From NCBI GenBank assembly GCA_964441235.1, contig CAYTUQ010000002.1, positions 1,705 through 65,704 of the forward strand: a stretch of 64,000 nucleotides of DNA. The letters run 5' to 3'. Below, one piece after another: positions 1-10,070 of this stretch; the stretch's first letter is position 1, and the number at the start of each line of letters is the position of its first letter. The notes under the pieces are model-generated. The model made no database searches and was not told the origin of the DNA. It saw only the letters and a list, made by a program, of their open reading frames with translations. The position numbers and the translations under genes were made by a program. This stretch comes from an uncultured bacterium. GTDB taxonomy: Bacteria > Fidelibacterota > UBA2242.

Positions 1-268
1 GATCGACAAAATTGATGTAGTCGTAACCGACGCAAACATACTTGAAAAGGACAGGAAAAACCTCGAAAATGCGGGTGTACAGGTTATTATTGTAGATTAA
101 AAGATGGATTCAAGTTCTAAGTGCAACAATCTAAGTAAAGTATTTTCACATAAATTCATTTTCCCCAAAACCCTCCAATATTGTGCGAGAGGATTTTGGG
201 AAAAATGAATTATAGAATCTCAGTGTTATACAGTATTATAATGTGTTGCACTTATTACTTGAACTCAC

Positions 269-1180
269 GTGATGTATAAAAGAGTAATCCTCATTATAAT
301 CGGTTTGTTTCTTTTATATACGTCGGTACTTGCAGATGGTTCAAAGCGTGACAAGTTAAATATCCAAATTCAATACCCTGAAAAGTACGAAGAAATAGCA
401 AAATATACTGAGTCAACGATTAGGAAAAACTTTTCAAAGATCTATTCTATATTTAGTAATCCTAAAGATACTATAATTTATATTCTGGTGGATTCTGAGA
501 AGCAATTCAGAAAATATACAGGTCCCTCTCTTCCCTCATGGGCAAATGGTGTGACTCTTTTTCCTCAAGGGGTAGTAGTTATTAAAACCCCTGATCTTAG
601 TCGTTCCACTCTTAAAAATTATAGAACGACAATCGTTCATGAGCTTGTCCATATCATTCAGGGTCAACAGGTACCTCTTAATCTAACGCCGGTGTGGTTT
701 AATGAAGGGTTAGCAGTATATTTTTCGGAAGATTATAATTTGCGAAGCAAAATAATTCTCTCAAGAGCCATTGCAAAGAAAAAATTAATACCACTGAATG
801 AACTGTCTGATATATTAAATTTCGGTGATCTAAAAGCAGAACTTGCATACGATGAAAGTGCTTCAGTAATTGAATATCTTGTTCAGGTTTACGGTTTTAA
901 AGTTTTAAAGGAGATATTTGAGAATATGCGGTCAGGGAACAGATTCGAAAAAAGTATTACAATCGCAACAGATATTGATTATTCAAACTTCTCATATTTT
1001 TGGGAGCGATATGTTTCCAGGACATACAGGTGGATATTTATTCTGGATATTCAATATATTTTGTGGCTTATTATGTCGTTACTTCTTATTTTAGCCTATC
1101 TGAGTATTCGTCGTCGAAACAGGGAAACTGCAAAAACATGGGAAGACCAAGAAAATAATGCGAACAGTATCAGTGCGTAA
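269..1180 (+). CDS. putative secreted zinc metallopeptidase (HExxH; peptidase-MA-like), C-terminal TM helix
   Basis: N-terminal signal peptide. HELVH motif followed by NEG, as in gluzincins. Hydrophobic C-terminal segment. Confidence 0.4.
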   Translation: MMYKRVILIIIGLFLLYTSVLADGSKRDKLNIQIQYPEKYEEIAKYTESTIRKNFSKIYSIFSNPKDTIIYILVDSEKQFRKYTGPSLPSWANGVTLFPQGVVVIKTPDLSRSTLKNYRTTIVHELVHIIQGQQVPLNLTPVWFNEGLAVYFSEDYNLRSKIILSRAIAKKKLIPLNELSDILNFGDLKAELAYDESASVIEYLVQVYGFKVLKEIFENMRSGNRFEKSITIATDIDYSNFSYFWERYVSRTYRWIFILDIQYILWLIMSLLLILAYLSIRRRNRETAKTWEDQENNANSISA

Positions 1181-2090
1181 ATATGTTGGATTTTACCTGA
1201 TAATTGCTGTTTTTGGTATTGTCAGTATGATGCAGGCACAGGCTCTATTTCAGGGTCTGAATCACCCTCTTAATTCACGTGGCTGGGGAATGGGTTCAGC
1301 CGTCTGCGGTTTAGTAAATGATGGGACGGGCATTTCATCTAACCCGGGTACTCTTTCCAGGGCACCGCTCTCCTGGCAGGTTAACTATACTTCATTCGTT
1401 CTTGATATTTATTCAACAACTGGTTTTGTAATTCTAAATGCCCCAGTAAAAGGGAAATATGCAGTTATGATACATTACCTTGATTATGGCTCTTTTAGTG
1501 AACGAAATCGTGAGGGTGAGGCTACAGGAAATTTTTGTGTTAATGATTTAAATATGGGTATAGCTTACGGAACTGATATAACACAGAAACTGAGTGCTGG
1601 CGCTTCAGCCTCAGTTGTTCATTCAAATCTTAATCTATTGTCCGCAAATGCTGTTCTTGGGACAATTGGAATTCTTTACTATGATAGCAATTCAAGTCTT
1701 GCTATTGGCTTTGCCTACAATAACTTTGGTACTCTGTTATCCGGATATAAAACAGAAGATGAACCTCTTCCCAGAACTTTCATAATTGGAGTATCTAAAC
1801 ATCTTGCTCACCTTCCTATGATTTTATCTTTTGATGTGTACCAAGCGTATAAAGATGAGTACATTGCTCGGATAGGTGGAGAATTTCATTTTCATAATCG
1901 TTTCTTTCTCCGGTGGGGTACATCAACCCGAAGATTTCAGATAAATACACAGCAAACTTTTAAAGACTTTTTAGCTGGTTCTTCAGCGGGAGTAGGGATA
2001 AAGTTAAGCAGGTTCCATTTTGATTTAGCATTCATGAGTTTTGGGAATATTGGAACGATTTCATCAATTAGCATATCGCAAAGTCTTTAA
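1158..2090 (+). CDS. outer-membrane beta-barrel protein, FadL/PorV-like
   Basis: Signal peptide. N-terminal 'RGWGMGSA...NDGTGISSNPGTL' matches the 'ARALGMGGA...DDASA..NPAGL' signature of the FadL/PorV superfamily. Ends in an aromatic-rich beta-strand. Confidence 0.4.
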   Translation: MRTVSVRKYVGFYLIIAVFGIVSMMQAQALFQGLNHPLNSRGWGMGSAVCGLVNDGTGISSNPGTLSRAPLSWQVNYTSFVLDIYSTTGFVILNAPVKGKYAVMIHYLDYGSFSERNREGEATGNFCVNDLNMGIAYGTDITQKLSAGASASVVHSNLNLLSANAVLGTIGILYYDSNSSLAIGFAYNNFGTLLSGYKTEDEPLPRTFIIGVSKHLAHLPMILSFDVYQAYKDEYIARIGGEFHFHNRFFLRWGTSTRRFQINTQQTFKDFLAGSSAGVGIKLSRFHFDLAFMSFGNIGTISSISISQSL

Positions 2091-2103
2091 AGGAGTAATC
2101 CTT

Positions 2104-2490
2104 ATGAAGAAAATTACATTTATATTCGTGAGCCTTGGAATTTTAATTATTACCGTTGCTTCTGTTTTAAGTTGTGAACCTGATGAAAAATACGATGTAA
2201 GTTTTTCTTATGATATTCAACCGATTTTTAACATAAAGTGTCTGGATTGCCATGGTGCAGGTGGAAATGCAAATCTTGACCTGTCCTCTTATTCAACCTT
2301 GATGAGCGGAGGAAATAATAATCCTCCTGTACTAATTCCATTTCAATCAGACCAGAGCTTATTATATGAGAAAGTTTCGCAACAATCTCCGAGTATTGGT
2401 GATAGAATGCCTCTTGGTAGAAATCCTTTAATTAATTCGGATATTATACTTATCAGAGATTGGATAGACCAGGGCGCGAAAGGTAATTAG
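2104..2490 (+). CDS. c-type cytochrome domain lipoprotein (PSCyt1-like CxxCH)
   Basis: RBS AAGGAG upstream of ATG at 2104. Lipoprotein signal ending in ...LSC. 'PIFNIKCLDCHG...NLDLSSY...GG...P...DRMPLG' matches the planctomycete-type cytochrome c domain. The ORF-track start at 2041 overlaps the previous gene and is unlikely. Confidence 0.5.
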   Translation: MKKITFIFVSLGILIITVASVLSCEPDEKYDVSFSYDIQPIFNIKCLDCHGAGGNANLDLSSYSTLMSGGNNNPPVLIPFQSDQSLLYEKVSQQSPSIGDRMPLGRNPLINSDIILIRDWIDQGAKGN

Positions 2491-2642
2491 ATTTTCCTCT
2501 GTGAATTTGTATATAGGAATCAAACTATATTTTACCGATTGACCATGAAGGTTACATAAAGTTATTAGTGATTGTTTTGATAAAAGAATAAAAAAGGCAA
2601 TATAAAAACATCACCTTTTTAAAATCTATCATGGTTTTTGCG

Positions 2643-3302
2643 TTAGCTCCTTAGTTTGAAAATTACAGGAATTGAAATATAAACACCAACTTTCCTGTCT
2701 CTTTGCATAGCAGGGATGAAACGGGTCATTTTTATGGCTTTAACTGCAGCCTCGTCAAGCCCGGTATTCGGCACACCTTTAAGTATTACGCAGTCTTGCA
2801 CTTTCCCCTTTTTATCTACAAATGCTTGAACGATAACTGTTCCCTCTATTCCGGCTTCCTGAGCAATTTCCGGGTAAACAACATTTTTTTGAATAGCTTC
2901 AAAACCACCAATAGGTTTTGGTGGTTCATCATAAGGGATAAAACGAATAGTTGGACCTGTATTTTCTTCGGGAGGTGCAGGTGGAGCTTCCCATGCTACA
3001 TAATCATCAAAATCCATGTCTATATCCATGGAAATGTCCTCGGAAAAATCTTCATCCTCCGATTCAACCGGGATTGCAGGTCTTGACGGAGGCTTTGCCA
3101 TTTCAATTTTTTGTTCTGTTATTGGAATATCGGTGGTTTCAATGATTATTTGGACCTCTTTCTGTGTTCTACTTCTTTGTTCGAGCTTAGGGAATAGTAC
3201 CATTACAGCGATAATAAAAGCAAGACTAACCACGAGTCCTACTCTAAGGACTAAATTATATCTTAATTTTAGACTGGCTTCGGGATATTTTCTAAGAATC
3301 AT
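2643..3302 (-). CDS. tonB: TonB family energy transducer
   Basis: N-terminal TM helix, Pro/Glu-rich spacer and C-terminal TonB domain (GIEGTVIVQAFVDKKGKV...). Last gene of the exbB-exbD-exbD-tonB operon. Confidence 0.7.
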   Translation of the reverse strand: MILRKYPEASLKLRYNLVLRVGLVVSLAFIIAVMVLFPKLEQRSRTQKEVQIIIETTDIPITEQKIEMAKPPSRPAIPVESEDEDFSEDISMDIDMDFDDYVAWEAPPAPPEENTGPTIRFIPYDEPPKPIGGFEAIQKNVVYPEIAQEAGIEGTVIVQAFVDKKGKVQDCVILKGVPNTGLDEAAVKAIKMTRFIPAMQRDRKVGVYISIPVIFKLRS

Positions 3303-3314
3303 TTGATAAAACCT

Positions 3315-3722
3315 CTAAATGGCAGTCTTTGTAGAATAATTTACTTTCAGAGCATCTGCCAATCTTAATTCTTTGTGAATCTTGTTCATAAGTCCCATAT
3401 TTACTCGTTGATCTGATCTTATGGATACAATAAGGTGTGGATCAGCTGTCCGTTTTTCATACATAACATTCCTGATACTTTTAACATCTAAGAGTTTACC
3501 ATCAATTGAAATCAATTCTTCTTTTGATACCCATAAATAAGTTACGTGCACTTTTGAGGCGAGTTTCTCAATCTGCCTGGCTTTGGGCAGGACGACATTT
3601 AATCCCTCGTATTCACGCAGAACAGAAGACACCATAAAAAAGAAAATCAACATAAAAATAATATCAGGCATTGATGCAGTTGGAATTCCAGTTTTCATCT
3701 TGCTTTTTTTCTTCAATTTCAT
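3315..3722 (-). CDS. exbD: ExbD/TolR biopolymer transport protein
   Basis: Single N-terminal TM helix followed by an ExbD periplasmic domain. Operon context. Confidence 0.75.
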   Translation of the reverse strand: MKLKKKSKMKTGIPTASMPDIIFMLIFFFMVSSVLREYEGLNVVLPKARQIEKLASKVHVTYLWVSKEELISIDGKLLDVKSIRNVMYEKRTADPHLIVSIRSDQRVNMGLMNKIHKELRLADALKVNYSTKTAI

Positions 3723-3734
3723 CTTTTTTCTTTC

Positions 3735-4127
3735 CTATTCAGCAATTGAAACTTTTGCACTTGTCTGTTTTAACTGATCAAGAACCTCAATATATGTGTG
3801 GTATTTGGTTCTTGCATGTGTTTTTACTGAAAATATCATCTTCGGATTTTTCAGTATAATACCCTCAACTGTAGATTTAATTTTGCTGATTTCTATTTCT
3901 TTGTTATCCAGTAATACTCTTCCTGTAGGATCAATTATGAGGTTTGTGATATTTTTCTTAGATATCTCAACCTGGTCTCCTTCTGCAGGTAGAATCAGTT
4001 GTATTCCTTTATCCATGTCAATAGTTGTAGCGACCATAAAGAAAATAAGAATAAGAAAAGCAATATCAGCCAGTGAGCTTGATGGTATTTCCGCTTCACG
4101 GATTCCTTTATTTTTTAATAAACTCAT
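3735..4127 (-). CDS. exbD: ExbD/TolR biopolymer transport protein (second copy)
   Basis: ExbD-like architecture, adjacent to exbB. Confidence 0.75.
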   Translation of the reverse strand: MSLLKNKGIREAEIPSSSLADIAFLILIFFMVATTIDMDKGIQLILPAEGDQVEISKKNITNLIIDPTGRVLLDNKEIEISKIKSTVEGIILKNPKMIFSVKTHARTKYHTYIEVLDQLKQTSAKVSIAE

Positions 4128-4138
4128 AATTATTGCCT

Positions 4139-4756
4139 TTAATCTTTTTTCACTTCATTTGCAGATAAGATATCTAAAAGATTTACTGAATTTTCTTCCA
4201 TATCAATGATAATACCATCTACACGTGCTGTAAAGAGATTATAGAAAATCGAGATAGTAATACCGACAATAAGACCAAATAAAGTGGTCAAAAGTGCTTC
4301 TGAAATACCACCTGCAACAACAGCAGGAGATATATCATTAGCAGCAGCAATATCTTGAAATGCTCTTACCATACCTGAAACTGTTCCGGCAAATCCTAAC
4401 ATGGGGGCAAGTGTGATAACTGTAGATAACCAGATCATTCCTTTCTCAAGGAAAGCCATTTCAATAGAACCTGCAGTTTCAATAGCTTTTTCAACAACCT
4501 CAACACCCTGGTCTGCACGAGAAAGACCGGCGTGAAAAACCTCAGCAATAGGTCCGGGAGTTTTCTTGCAAACTTCAAGAGCCTCAGCTACACCTTTATC
4601 ATTCAATGCCTTATTTATCTTTGGAATAAATTTTTTAGTAACCACAGAGGCTTTCGTTAAAGTGTAAATTCTTTCAAGTGTAACCATTAAACCGAAAATT
4701 AAGAGCCCCAAAATCGGCCACATAAAAATTCCACCCTGTAGAAAAAGATCAACCAT
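4139..4756 (-). CDS. exbB: MotA/TolQ/ExbB proton channel
   Basis: Three TM helices and conserved ExbB C-terminal core (...LGLLGTVSGM...). Confidence 0.8.
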   Translation of the reverse strand: MVDLFLQGGIFMWPILGLLIFGLMVTLERIYTLTKASVVTKKFIPKINKALNDKGVAEALEVCKKTPGPIAEVFHAGLSRADQGVEVVEKAIETAGSIEMAFLEKGMIWLSTVITLAPMLGFAGTVSGMVRAFQDIAAANDISPAVVAGGISEALLTTLFGLIVGITISIFYNLFTARVDGIIIDMEENSVNLLDILSANEVKKD

Positions 4757-5303
4757 TGAATTACTCCTTTAGTTATATAGTTATTCAGTTAAATCAAACG
4801 GCTGTTTATTTTAAGTGAATATTTTCTAAAAGTCAACATTATTTTCTATTTTATTTTCCGACAGTAAATAGCTTTTCACAATTATGTGTTAAATTAGAGT
4901 CAAGTTTATTAAAAATATTGGATATCAAAAATAATAAGTCCTCAAAAAAAATTCAAGTCGATGTTACTTCTATAAAAATATTTGATGGGATTGGCGGAGA
5001 CTCAGCTAAGGACTGATTTAATTAGAAATAATTAACGATTTATATTGCCATATTAATCTGAAAATACTACTTTGAACCGAAATCTTGATTTTTGATTTTG
5101 TGTGAAATAAAACCCAATTTCTGAGTTATTTATGATAGCGGGCATTTTTAACCTGAATAATTCGTGAATAAATGAATTTATAAGTTATTGGAGTTAAATT
5201 TCAAACAGTAAAAATAGGGAGGACTTAAAAGATTTATTTTCCTATCTTGGTATAAGTGCGAAAAATCCATAAGTTTTACTAGAACAGTGAGTAAAAGATT
5301 TAG

Positions 5304-6239
5304 ATGTACATAATTTATTTTTTAGCTGGATTAGTTTTACTCTACTATGGTGCTAATTTTCTTGTAAATGGCAGTTCCGCTATTGCAGTATCCCTCGGAG
5401 TTAAAAAAATTGTAGTTGGTCTAACACTTGTTGCTCTTGGTACATCAATGCCTGAGTTTGTTGTAAGTTTATTTGGTGCTGTTGAAAAGGTAGACGATGT
5501 AAGCGTTGGAAATATTGTTGGTAGCAATCTGGCAAATATTCTATTAGTTCTTGGAATCTCATCTTTTATTCATCCAATAAAAGCGAAGAGGAGGATATTT
5601 TTTCTTGACTTTCCAGTTCTCTTAATAATAACTGCTATTTTTATAATTTTTTGTTATGATGGGCGTTTAGTTTTTTACGAAGGTACCATTCTTCTAACCT
5701 TATTTGTCGCTTATATGTCATATATCATCGTTAATCGTAAAGTACAGGAAGAAAATGTTGTCGAAGTAAAAAATATTGAAAAGGGGCATATTTCAAAGAA
5801 TATAGCTTTATCTATTTTGGGATTAGGAGCATTGATAATGGGTGGGAATCTAACAGTTAGAGGAGCTATTGGATTGGCACGTGCTTTTGGTATTTCAGAA
5901 CTTATAATTGGTCTTACTATAGTTGCGCTTGGTACTTCTTTACCAGAACTCTTTACAAGTGTAATAGCAGTTATTAAAAGGGAAGATGAAATCTCTATAG
6001 GCAATATTATTGGGAGTAATCTTTTTAATACGGCATTTGTGTTAGGAATTATACCAATGGTCTATTCACTTAAAATAGATAAAAGCATAATCAGGATCGA
6101 GAATCCCTTTATGATGATTATTACTCTCATATTATTAATTTTTTTATTTATTGGGAAGAAATTGTCAAGAATTGAAGGAGTTTTTTTATTAATACTATAT
6201 GCCCTATTTATACTGAATCTGGGATATAGAATAATTTAG
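5304..6239 (+). CDS. Na+/Ca2+ exchanger family (CaCA, YrbG-like) membrane protein
   Basis: Two alpha-repeat signatures, GTSMPEFVVSL and GTSLPELFTSV. Ten predicted TM helices. Confidence 0.8.
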   Translation: MYIIYFLAGLVLLYYGANFLVNGSSAIAVSLGVKKIVVGLTLVALGTSMPEFVVSLFGAVEKVDDVSVGNIVGSNLANILLVLGISSFIHPIKAKRRIFFLDFPVLLIITAIFIIFCYDGRLVFYEGTILLTLFVAYMSYIIVNRKVQEENVVEVKNIEKGHISKNIALSILGLGALIMGGNLTVRGAIGLARAFGISELIIGLTIVALGTSLPELFTSVIAVIKREDEISIGNIIGSNLFNTAFVLGIIPMVYSLKIDKSIIRIENPFMMIITLILLIFLFIGKKLSRIEGVFLLILYALFILNLGYRII

Positions 6240-6517
6240 GGGGTGTGATAAAATAACCTTTAGGGGGTGTGTCGATCCTTAGGATTCCTTCGGAAAGACA
6301 TCCCTCTGGGAAGAAGAAATAAAATGGATTTTTGTATTATTCTAAGTTCAATCGCCAGACGGATCTCCGAAAAAATATTATGAATATAATTCTGTAAATG
6401 GTAATTAGTTTTTTCTCACCCCCTGAACATTTTTAGTATTGTAAATTCATCCCGAAGTTTCGGGACACAATGATAGTTAACCATGAATGACAACTTTATT
6501 CTATCACACCCCCTTAG
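6237..6517. mobile_element. MITE-like element with TAGGGGGTGTGATA terminal inverted repeats (~281 bp)
   Basis: The 14-15 nt motif is at 6237-6250, with a degenerate second copy at 6261-6275. Its reverse complement is at 6502-6517. A second, shorter 70-bp element with the same TIRs is at 43252-43321. Confidence 0.45.
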
Positions 6518-6537
6518 TGAAAAATTTGGAGTTAAAA

Positions 6538-8898
6538 ATGCCCGTAAAAATTATTACCGATGAGTCTTCAAGTTTAGATGAGGTAGATATTAAAAAATAT
6601 GGAATATCAATAATTCCATTCCTGATTAGCGATGCAGCTGGTAAGGAAGTGATAATTAAAGGTGAGCCAAATACGTATAATTCACAAGAGAATCAGACTA
6701 ATATCAGGAATTTTTCCTCGTTAAATGATTATTGTAGCTTTTTGGGTGGAATAAGAAACAAAGATGAGGCTCCAGTATCTGCAGCTCCAGATATTCATTG
6801 GTGTAAGAAATTTCTCGAAGATATTGTTCAGAAGGATGAAGGGGATATATGTTGCATTTTGCTGGCTAAGAATTTAAGCAAAATATATGATAATATTGAG
6901 ATTGCTTCTAAAGACATCAGTAAAAAGTATAATAGAAGAATAGAAGTAGTTGACTCAAATCAGGCATTTTGTCCTGAAGGACTGCTTGTGGTTGAAGCAG
7001 CAAAGATTGCAAAGCAGGGAAAAAGTCTTGATGAAATTATTGGCCATATTGATGATACAAAACATAAGATATTTTTCATCGCTTCTCTTGACAACTTAGA
7101 ATATTTGAGGAGATCTGGAAGGGTTCCTCTGCATAAAAGTATACTTACTAAGATAGCAGACCTTTTGGGAGTTGTTACAATTATTAGTTTTGCAGATAGT
7201 GTTCCACGTCCGATTTGCACTGTCAGAAAAGCTGATGTCAAAAAAAGGATGCTTCAAGAAATACGCGGAAGAATTGGGGATATGGAAACAATTGAACTTG
7301 TACTTGACTATTCAACCGAAAAACAGAGACTTTTTTTAGAGGAACTTAGTGAGACAGTTAAAAAAGAGTTCAATGTAGAAAAGATTTCATATAGACAGGC
7401 AAATAGGATTGTTGCTACTCATACTGGACCTCATATTTATAGTGCATCAATCCTCAGACTCGGTTATAACTCAATTAATACCTCCCTATTAATTAGAATG
7501 TTCAAGGAATCGGAAAAAAAATTAAGAAGATATCGGGGAATTATAGATAGTATAAATATTTTTCCTGTTAATGATTCAGATACTGGTAAAAATATATTGA
7601 GACCAATTGCTGGCGTAACTACAGGCTTAAGTGAAAAGGATATTGTAGTAAGAACGATCGATAAGATTTCAGGGAAAGCGTTTATGAAGGGGGGCGGTTG
7701 TTCTGGTAATGCACTATCCCAATATCTTTTAGGAATTAGTGATTATGTCAAATCTCATCTTTCTAAAGATAAGGATTTGGATCCTGAGACTTTTGTTTGT
7801 GCATTAAGAAAGGGAACCGAAAGCGTTTATGCTTCATTCAGCGACCCAAAAGAGGGAACGATACTTTCAGTGATGAAAGTGTTTGGCAAACAAGCTGAGG
7901 AAGCCCTTAAGAGAAAATATGAGTTTTCATATATTATTAAGAAGGCTTATTCTGCTAGTGTAAAAGAGCTATTAAATCCGATTGTGCAGGGAGTTAAAAT
8001 TCTGAGAGATAGTGATATTTCGGATTCTGGTGGCCTTGGCTTCATAATTTTTCTTCAGGGCTGGTTAGACACTCTAGGAATTTCTATGGACCCGAAAATC
8101 CAGAAACTCAATAGAAATCTGGAGAGGGAGATTAAAGACCAGATAGCCAGTCTAAAATATAAAGCAAAATATCCCGGTTTTTGTGTAGAATGTAATATTA
8201 AGGGCACTGTGGAGAGAGAAGAAATAAGCGACAGATTAAAGTCTCTTCCAAATAAAATTGACTATAATGCTTTGATAATAAGATACGGCGGCGGGTGCAC
8301 TTATATTCACATTCATGTATCTGATAGGGATTTAGTGGATAAAGTCAGACATATATGCAAGAGTTATGGTTACGAAGTCGAAGCAAAAACCCCGACCAGT
8401 TTATCTCAAAAAAAGATCGATATTTATAAACATAAGATTTTAAAATCATTGAAAAAATTAAAAGAAGTACCTTTCCTTTTTATGTACTGGTTTACACCTT
8501 TACCAAGGATATTCTTTGTAAGAAGCGAAATTAGAAAAAAGAAGAAGTATAAAGATATTTCAGAAGAAAGGGATTATCTCAAGCTTGTCTCAAGAGCTCT
8601 GGAGATAAAAACTGACGAAATGAGGACAATGATTCTAGTCTGTAATAAAAAAGGTGAAGTAATATATCTGAATAAGTTGGCAAGAGAATTTTACAACGTT
8701 GAAGATGGATATATAAAAGAGAAATTGAGCAAATTTTTATCTGAGGAAACATTTATATCTGCTGAGGAAAAGATAATTACAGGCTTGAGAGAGGAACATA
8801 TAATTAAAAACGATAATTCTACTTTATTGCTTAAACCAATACGAGTGAAAAGAAAAAATCTTGGAATAATGCTTGAAATAAAAGTAGAGGGAAATTAG
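6538..8898 (+). CDS. DegV-domain + DAK2(DhaL)-domain fusion protein (fatty-acid-kinase-like) with extra C-terminal region
   Basis: N-terminus MPVKIITDESSSL... resembles DegV (fatty-acid binding). The middle region 'EGTILSVMKVF...ILRDSDISDSGGLGFIIFLQG' resembles a Dak2/DhaL domain. The RBS GGAG precedes ATG 6538. The ORF-track start at 6487 lies inside the repeat element. Confidence 0.5.
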   Translation: MPVKIITDESSSLDEVDIKKYGISIIPFLISDAAGKEVIIKGEPNTYNSQENQTNIRNFSSLNDYCSFLGGIRNKDEAPVSAAPDIHWCKKFLEDIVQKDEGDICCILLAKNLSKIYDNIEIASKDISKKYNRRIEVVDSNQAFCPEGLLVVEAAKIAKQGKSLDEIIGHIDDTKHKIFFIASLDNLEYLRRSGRVPLHKSILTKIADLLGVVTIISFADSVPRPICTVRKADVKKRMLQEIRGRIGDMETIELVLDYSTEKQRLFLEELSETVKKEFNVEKISYRQANRIVATHTGPHIYSASILRLGYNSINTSLLIRMFKESEKKLRRYRGIIDSINIFPVNDSDTGKNILRPIAGVTTGLSEKDIVVRTIDKISGKAFMKGGGCSGNALSQYLLGISDYVKSHLSKDKDLDPETFVCALRKGTESVYASFSDPKEGTILSVMKVFGKQAEEALKRKYEFSYIIKKAYSASVKELLNPIVQGVKILRDSDISDSGGLGFIIFLQGWLDTLGISMDPKIQKLNRNLEREIKDQIASLKYKAKYPGFCVECNIKGTVEREEISDRLKSLPNKIDYNALIIRYGGGCTYIHIHVSDRDLVDKVRHICKSYGYEVEAKTPTSLSQKKIDIYKHKILKSLKKLKEVPFLFMYWFTPLPRIFFVRSEIRKKKKYKDISEERDYLKLVSRALEIKTDEMRTMILVCNKKGEVIYLNKLAREFYNVEDGYIKEKLSKFLSEETFISAEEKIITGLREEHIIKNDNSTLLLKPIRVKRKNLGIMLEIKVEGN

Positions 8899-8937
8899 CC
8901 GGAATTATTATTTCTGCCCTATAGGTTAAAAAAGATT

Positions 8938-9732
8938 ATGAAACTTGGAATTTTTCAGTTTGCTCCCATCTGGGGAAGTAAAGAAAAAAATCTTAAAAAA
9001 ATTGAAGGCACTATTTCTTCATATTCTGGTATTGATCTCTGGATTCTGCCAGAATTATGCATTACTGGTTACCAATTTAACTCCAAAGATGAAATTGAAG
9101 AACTCGCTGAAGAATTCCCCCTGGGCAAGTCTTCAAAAGTTCTACAAGAACTTTCGGAGAGCACTCAATCAGCGATAGTAATTGGGATTATGGAACGGGC
9201 TGATAATAGTTTTTTTAACAGTGCAGCTGTTTTTGATAAAGGAGAATTTTTAGGGACCTATCATAAGATTCATCTTTTTTACGAGGAAAAAATTTGGCTT
9301 TTACCTGGAACTGAAACTCCTTCTATTTTCGATATTAACGGAGTTAAAGTCGGAGTTATGATTTGCTTTGATTGGATTTTTCCGGAGATGGCGCGGACTC
9401 TTGCTCTGCAAGGAGCTCAAATAATTGCTCACCCTGCTAATCTGGTATTGCCCTATTGTCAGGATGCGATGATTACAAGAAGCATCGAAAACCGAGTTTT
9501 CACAGCTACTGCAAATAGAATTGGTACAGAAGTGATAAAAGGAAAACAACCTCTTACTTTTACTGGAAAAAGCCAGGTAATAGACCCGGGTGGAAAACGA
9601 CTCGGCAACCTCTCGGAAAATGAAGATGGCGTACTGATTGTTAATATCAATCCTGAAGAAGCTCTTAATAAAATGATTACACCAGTGAATGATATTTTTA
9701 AAGACCGTAATCCTTCGGTTTATCAATTATGA
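8938..9732 (+). CDS. carbon-nitrogen hydrolase (nitrilase superfamily) amidohydrolase
   Basis: Glu-Lys-Cys triad context (...ILPELCITGY..., ...VMICFDWIFPE...) typical of CN hydrolases. Confidence 0.7.
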   Translation: MKLGIFQFAPIWGSKEKNLKKIEGTISSYSGIDLWILPELCITGYQFNSKDEIEELAEEFPLGKSSKVLQELSESTQSAIVIGIMERADNSFFNSAAVFDKGEFLGTYHKIHLFYEEKIWLLPGTETPSIFDINGVKVGVMICFDWIFPEMARTLALQGAQIIAHPANLVLPYCQDAMITRSIENRVFTATANRIGTEVIKGKQPLTFTGKSQVIDPGGKRLGNLSENEDGVLIVNINPEEALNKMITPVNDIFKDRNPSVYQL

Positions 9733-9774
9733 ATAACTAATTCTGGAAAGGAATCTTTTAAAGAGTAATAATAT

Positions 9775-10056
9775 ATGTTAGTAAACGCCTCCGAAAAAAA
9801 ATATGAAGAAGAACAAAAGATTCAATGGCTCAGGAGATATTCTGATCTTGTTGTAAATAAATTAAGATCTGAAGATTTTACTGAAATAGAAGCTGCTGAA
9901 TTCCTTGAGTCAGTTAAACGAGAAATTCTGGAGCGATTTCCTGATAAAGAAGAGCAATATAACATAATTTATGAAAGGCGTTTTAAGAGGATTCTTCTAA
10001 AAAAAGGAATTTGCCTCAAACTTTACTCTGAAAATAGCACGAATGATTATAACTAA
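9775..10056 (+). CDS. hypothetical small protein
   Basis: Compact ORF between flanking genes, with no recognisable motif. Confidence 0.3.
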   Translation: MLVNASEKKYEEEQKIQWLRRYSDLVVNKLRSEDFTEIEAAEFLESVKREILERFPDKEEQYNIIYERRFKRILLKKGICLKLYSENSTNDYN

Positions 10057-10070
10057 AAATTATTTGGAGG

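Noticed and set aside
1594-1785. 63-aa ORF inside the 1158..2090 outer-membrane gene, and similar short same- or opposite-strand ORFs (2703..3086, 2951..3145, 3016..3306, 5345..5527, 5711..6004, 6960..7241, 12903..13139, 13767..14000, 14132..14326, 35155..35687, 37768..38493 and others)
   Set aside because: They are fully embedded in or antisense to long, well-supported CDSs. They have low-complexity or hydrophobic translations typical of spurious frames in AT-rich DNA.
6487-6537. Upstream start codon for the DegV-DAK2 gene
   Set aside because: The 5' extension lies within the right TIR of the repeat element and lacks an RBS. ATG 6538 has a GGAG spacing consistent with a real start.
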